Shown: positions 62,632-64,000 of the stretch, one piece after another
Layout: the number at the start of each line of letters is the position of its first letter
How positions within the stretch are numbered: the first letter of the stretch is position 1
From: a virus
DNA: 64,000 nt
Virus record (IMG/VR): IMGVR_UViG_3300021375_000014
Coordinates: 31,950 to 95,949 of that record
Strand: one strand, 5' to 3'
The notes under the pieces: model-generated
Databases searched by the model: none
Seen by the model: the letters and a program-made list of their open reading frames with translations, nothing else
Told to the model about the DNA's origin: nothing
Made by a program: the position numbers and the translations under genes

Positions 62632-63140
62632 TGAATGTAGATAAAGTAATTGCAAAGTTACGAGATTATGATTATGTGTGCGAAGAAGCAATCGTATATT
62701 TGCAAAATGAATGTTACGGTAAAGGATATACATTCAAGAAAATAATTAAAAAAATTGTAGAGGATCCAAATTTATCTGAACAAGATAAGAAAAATTGGGT
62801 TAAAATTGGCAGACGTTTAAATTCAGATGAAACTGCAATTAAATTAGGTATAGAAATAGTAGAAACTGATACATATAGAGTTGTAATAAATGGCATGAAA
62901 GTTAAACAGGGTTCCTTGTCTGAATGTAATAAGTTTAGAAATAATTATGAATGGGTAAAATTTATAAATATAATAGACGGTAAAATTGAACCAGGTGATA
63001 TTGATAATTTTAATAGAGCCGAAACAGTTATGGGTAATACTTATACAGCAAAGGAAGAAATAATATCTTTAAACGTTAAAATTGAACATTTAATAAAAGA
63101 TATTTCGAATGAATATTCAATTTGGAAGGAAGTTAAGTAA
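62631..63140 (+). CDS. hypothetical protein
   Basis: 169-aa coupled ORF. Confidence 0.6.
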   Translation: MNVDKVIAKLRDYDYVCEEAIVYLQNECYGKGYTFKKIIKKIVEDPNLSEQDKKNWVKIGRRLNSDETAIKLGIEIVETDTYRVVINGMKVKQGSLSECNKFRNNYEWVKFINIIDGKIEPGDIDNFNRAETVMGNTYTAKEEIISLNVKIEHLIKDISNEYSIWKEVK

Positions 63141-63256
63141 TGGCAAATTTTCCAAAAAACGTGCCGGATGGTACTAAAATAACCCTGCGTTCATATGTTT
63201 ATATTTATTATGCAGCATCTAATAAATGGAAACTTGAAAGACTAGAGACCGAGTAA
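63140..63256 (+). CDS. 38-aa protein (not in ORF track)
   Basis: MANFPKNVPDGTKITLRSYVYIYYAASNKWKLERLETE; TAATG coupling at both ends, AAGGA RBS. Confidence 0.65.
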   Translation: MANFPKNVPDGTKITLRSYVYIYYAASNKWKLERLETE

Positions 63257-64000
63257 TGTCAAAAAATGATTATACAAGAGAAGTGGAAAATGCCACTCAA
63301 CAAATTACTGAACGTTATGACTATATATACGAATCAGAATATAACAGATGGCGGTTGGGATTATTAGAAGTTCCAGTAGATGGCAATATTCGTCCGATTG
63401 TTTCTAATCCAATTGCTGACATATCAATATATGAAGATGCAGCCTTTACATTTCAATTTGCAGATAATGTATTTACTGATGCAAATCCTGATGATATTAT
63501 TACATACACTGCTACCAGATCAACCGGCCAATCTTTGCCGTCTTGGTTATCATTTAATGCAAATACTAGAACATTTTCTGGTACTCCGAGAAACGATGAT
63601 GTAGGAATTCTTGCAATTAAGATAGTTGCGACTGATAGTAGTCTTGCCAACGTAACTAATAAATTTAATTTAACAGTTATTAATACCAATGATGTTCCAG
63701 ATTCCCCCGACGTTCCGATTAATCAGTCAATGGAAGAAGATAGTACTATTAGTTTTATTATTTCTGATGCAACTTTCAAAGATCCTGATATTGGTGATTT
63801 TATAGTTACTTATGAGATGGCATTAATTGATGGTACTCCTCTTCCATCCTGGATGACATTTGATTCTACTACGAGAGAATTTTCAGCATCTCCGCTGAAT
63901 GAACATGTAGGAACACATGGAATTGGTATTATTGGGTACGATAATTATGGAGCAAGCGCAGTTGCCACATTATATCTGACAGTAACCAATGTAAATGATG
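63256..64000 (+). CDS. virion protein with dystroglycan-type cadherin-like/putative Ig domains (truncated by window end)
   Basis: open frame from ATG63256; two repeats with LPSWLSFNANTRTFSGTP..DDVG and LPSWMTFDSTTREFSASP..VTNVND. Confidence 0.8.
   Translation, partial: MSKNDYTREVENATQQITERYDYIYESEYNRWRLGLLEVPVDGNIRPIVSNPIADISIYEDAAFTFQFADNVFTDANPDDIITYTATRSTGQSLPSWLSFNANTRTFSGTPRNDDVGILAIKIVATDSSLANVTNKFNLTVINTNDVPDSPDVPINQSMEEDSTISFIISDATFKDPDIGDFIVTYEMALIDGTPLPSWMTFDSTTREFSASPLNEHVGTHGIGIIGYDNYGASAVATLYLTVTNVND

Noticed and set aside
1-64000. Stop-codon reassignment or diversity-generating retroelement
   Set aside because: Genes are intact under the standard code and use all three stops; no reverse transcriptase or TR/VR pair seen

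Overview
AT-rich segment of a large (jumbo-type) myovirus with a distant T4-like gene set, read with the standard genetic code. From left to right: (i) small early genes behind sigma70-type promoters that carry a fixed-position CGAATCA/TGATTCG motif (the CcrM/GcrA-type site), which suggests an alphaproteobacterial host; (ii) a ~13 kb leftward block of modification enzymes (four radical SAM proteins including a B12-binding one, three glycosyltransferase-like proteins, a cytidylyltransferase, a sulfotransferase-like protein and an SGNH-like protein) continuous with baseplate genes; (iii) baseplate/tail-hub genes interrupted by a clpP island; (iv) gp55-like late sigma factor, gp47/gp46 nuclease and a resolvase; (v) a promoter-to-terminator small RNA candidate and a ~750 bp non-coding locus holding a predicted large structured RNA next to origin-like features; (vi) a gp26-like gene with a predicted -1 frameshift, a tape-measure-like gene, the head module (portal, protease, scaffold, major capsid) and tail fibre/adhesin genes running off the end. 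I saw no tRNA, rRNA, CRISPR array or integrase. All homology calls come from motif recognition, not database searches.
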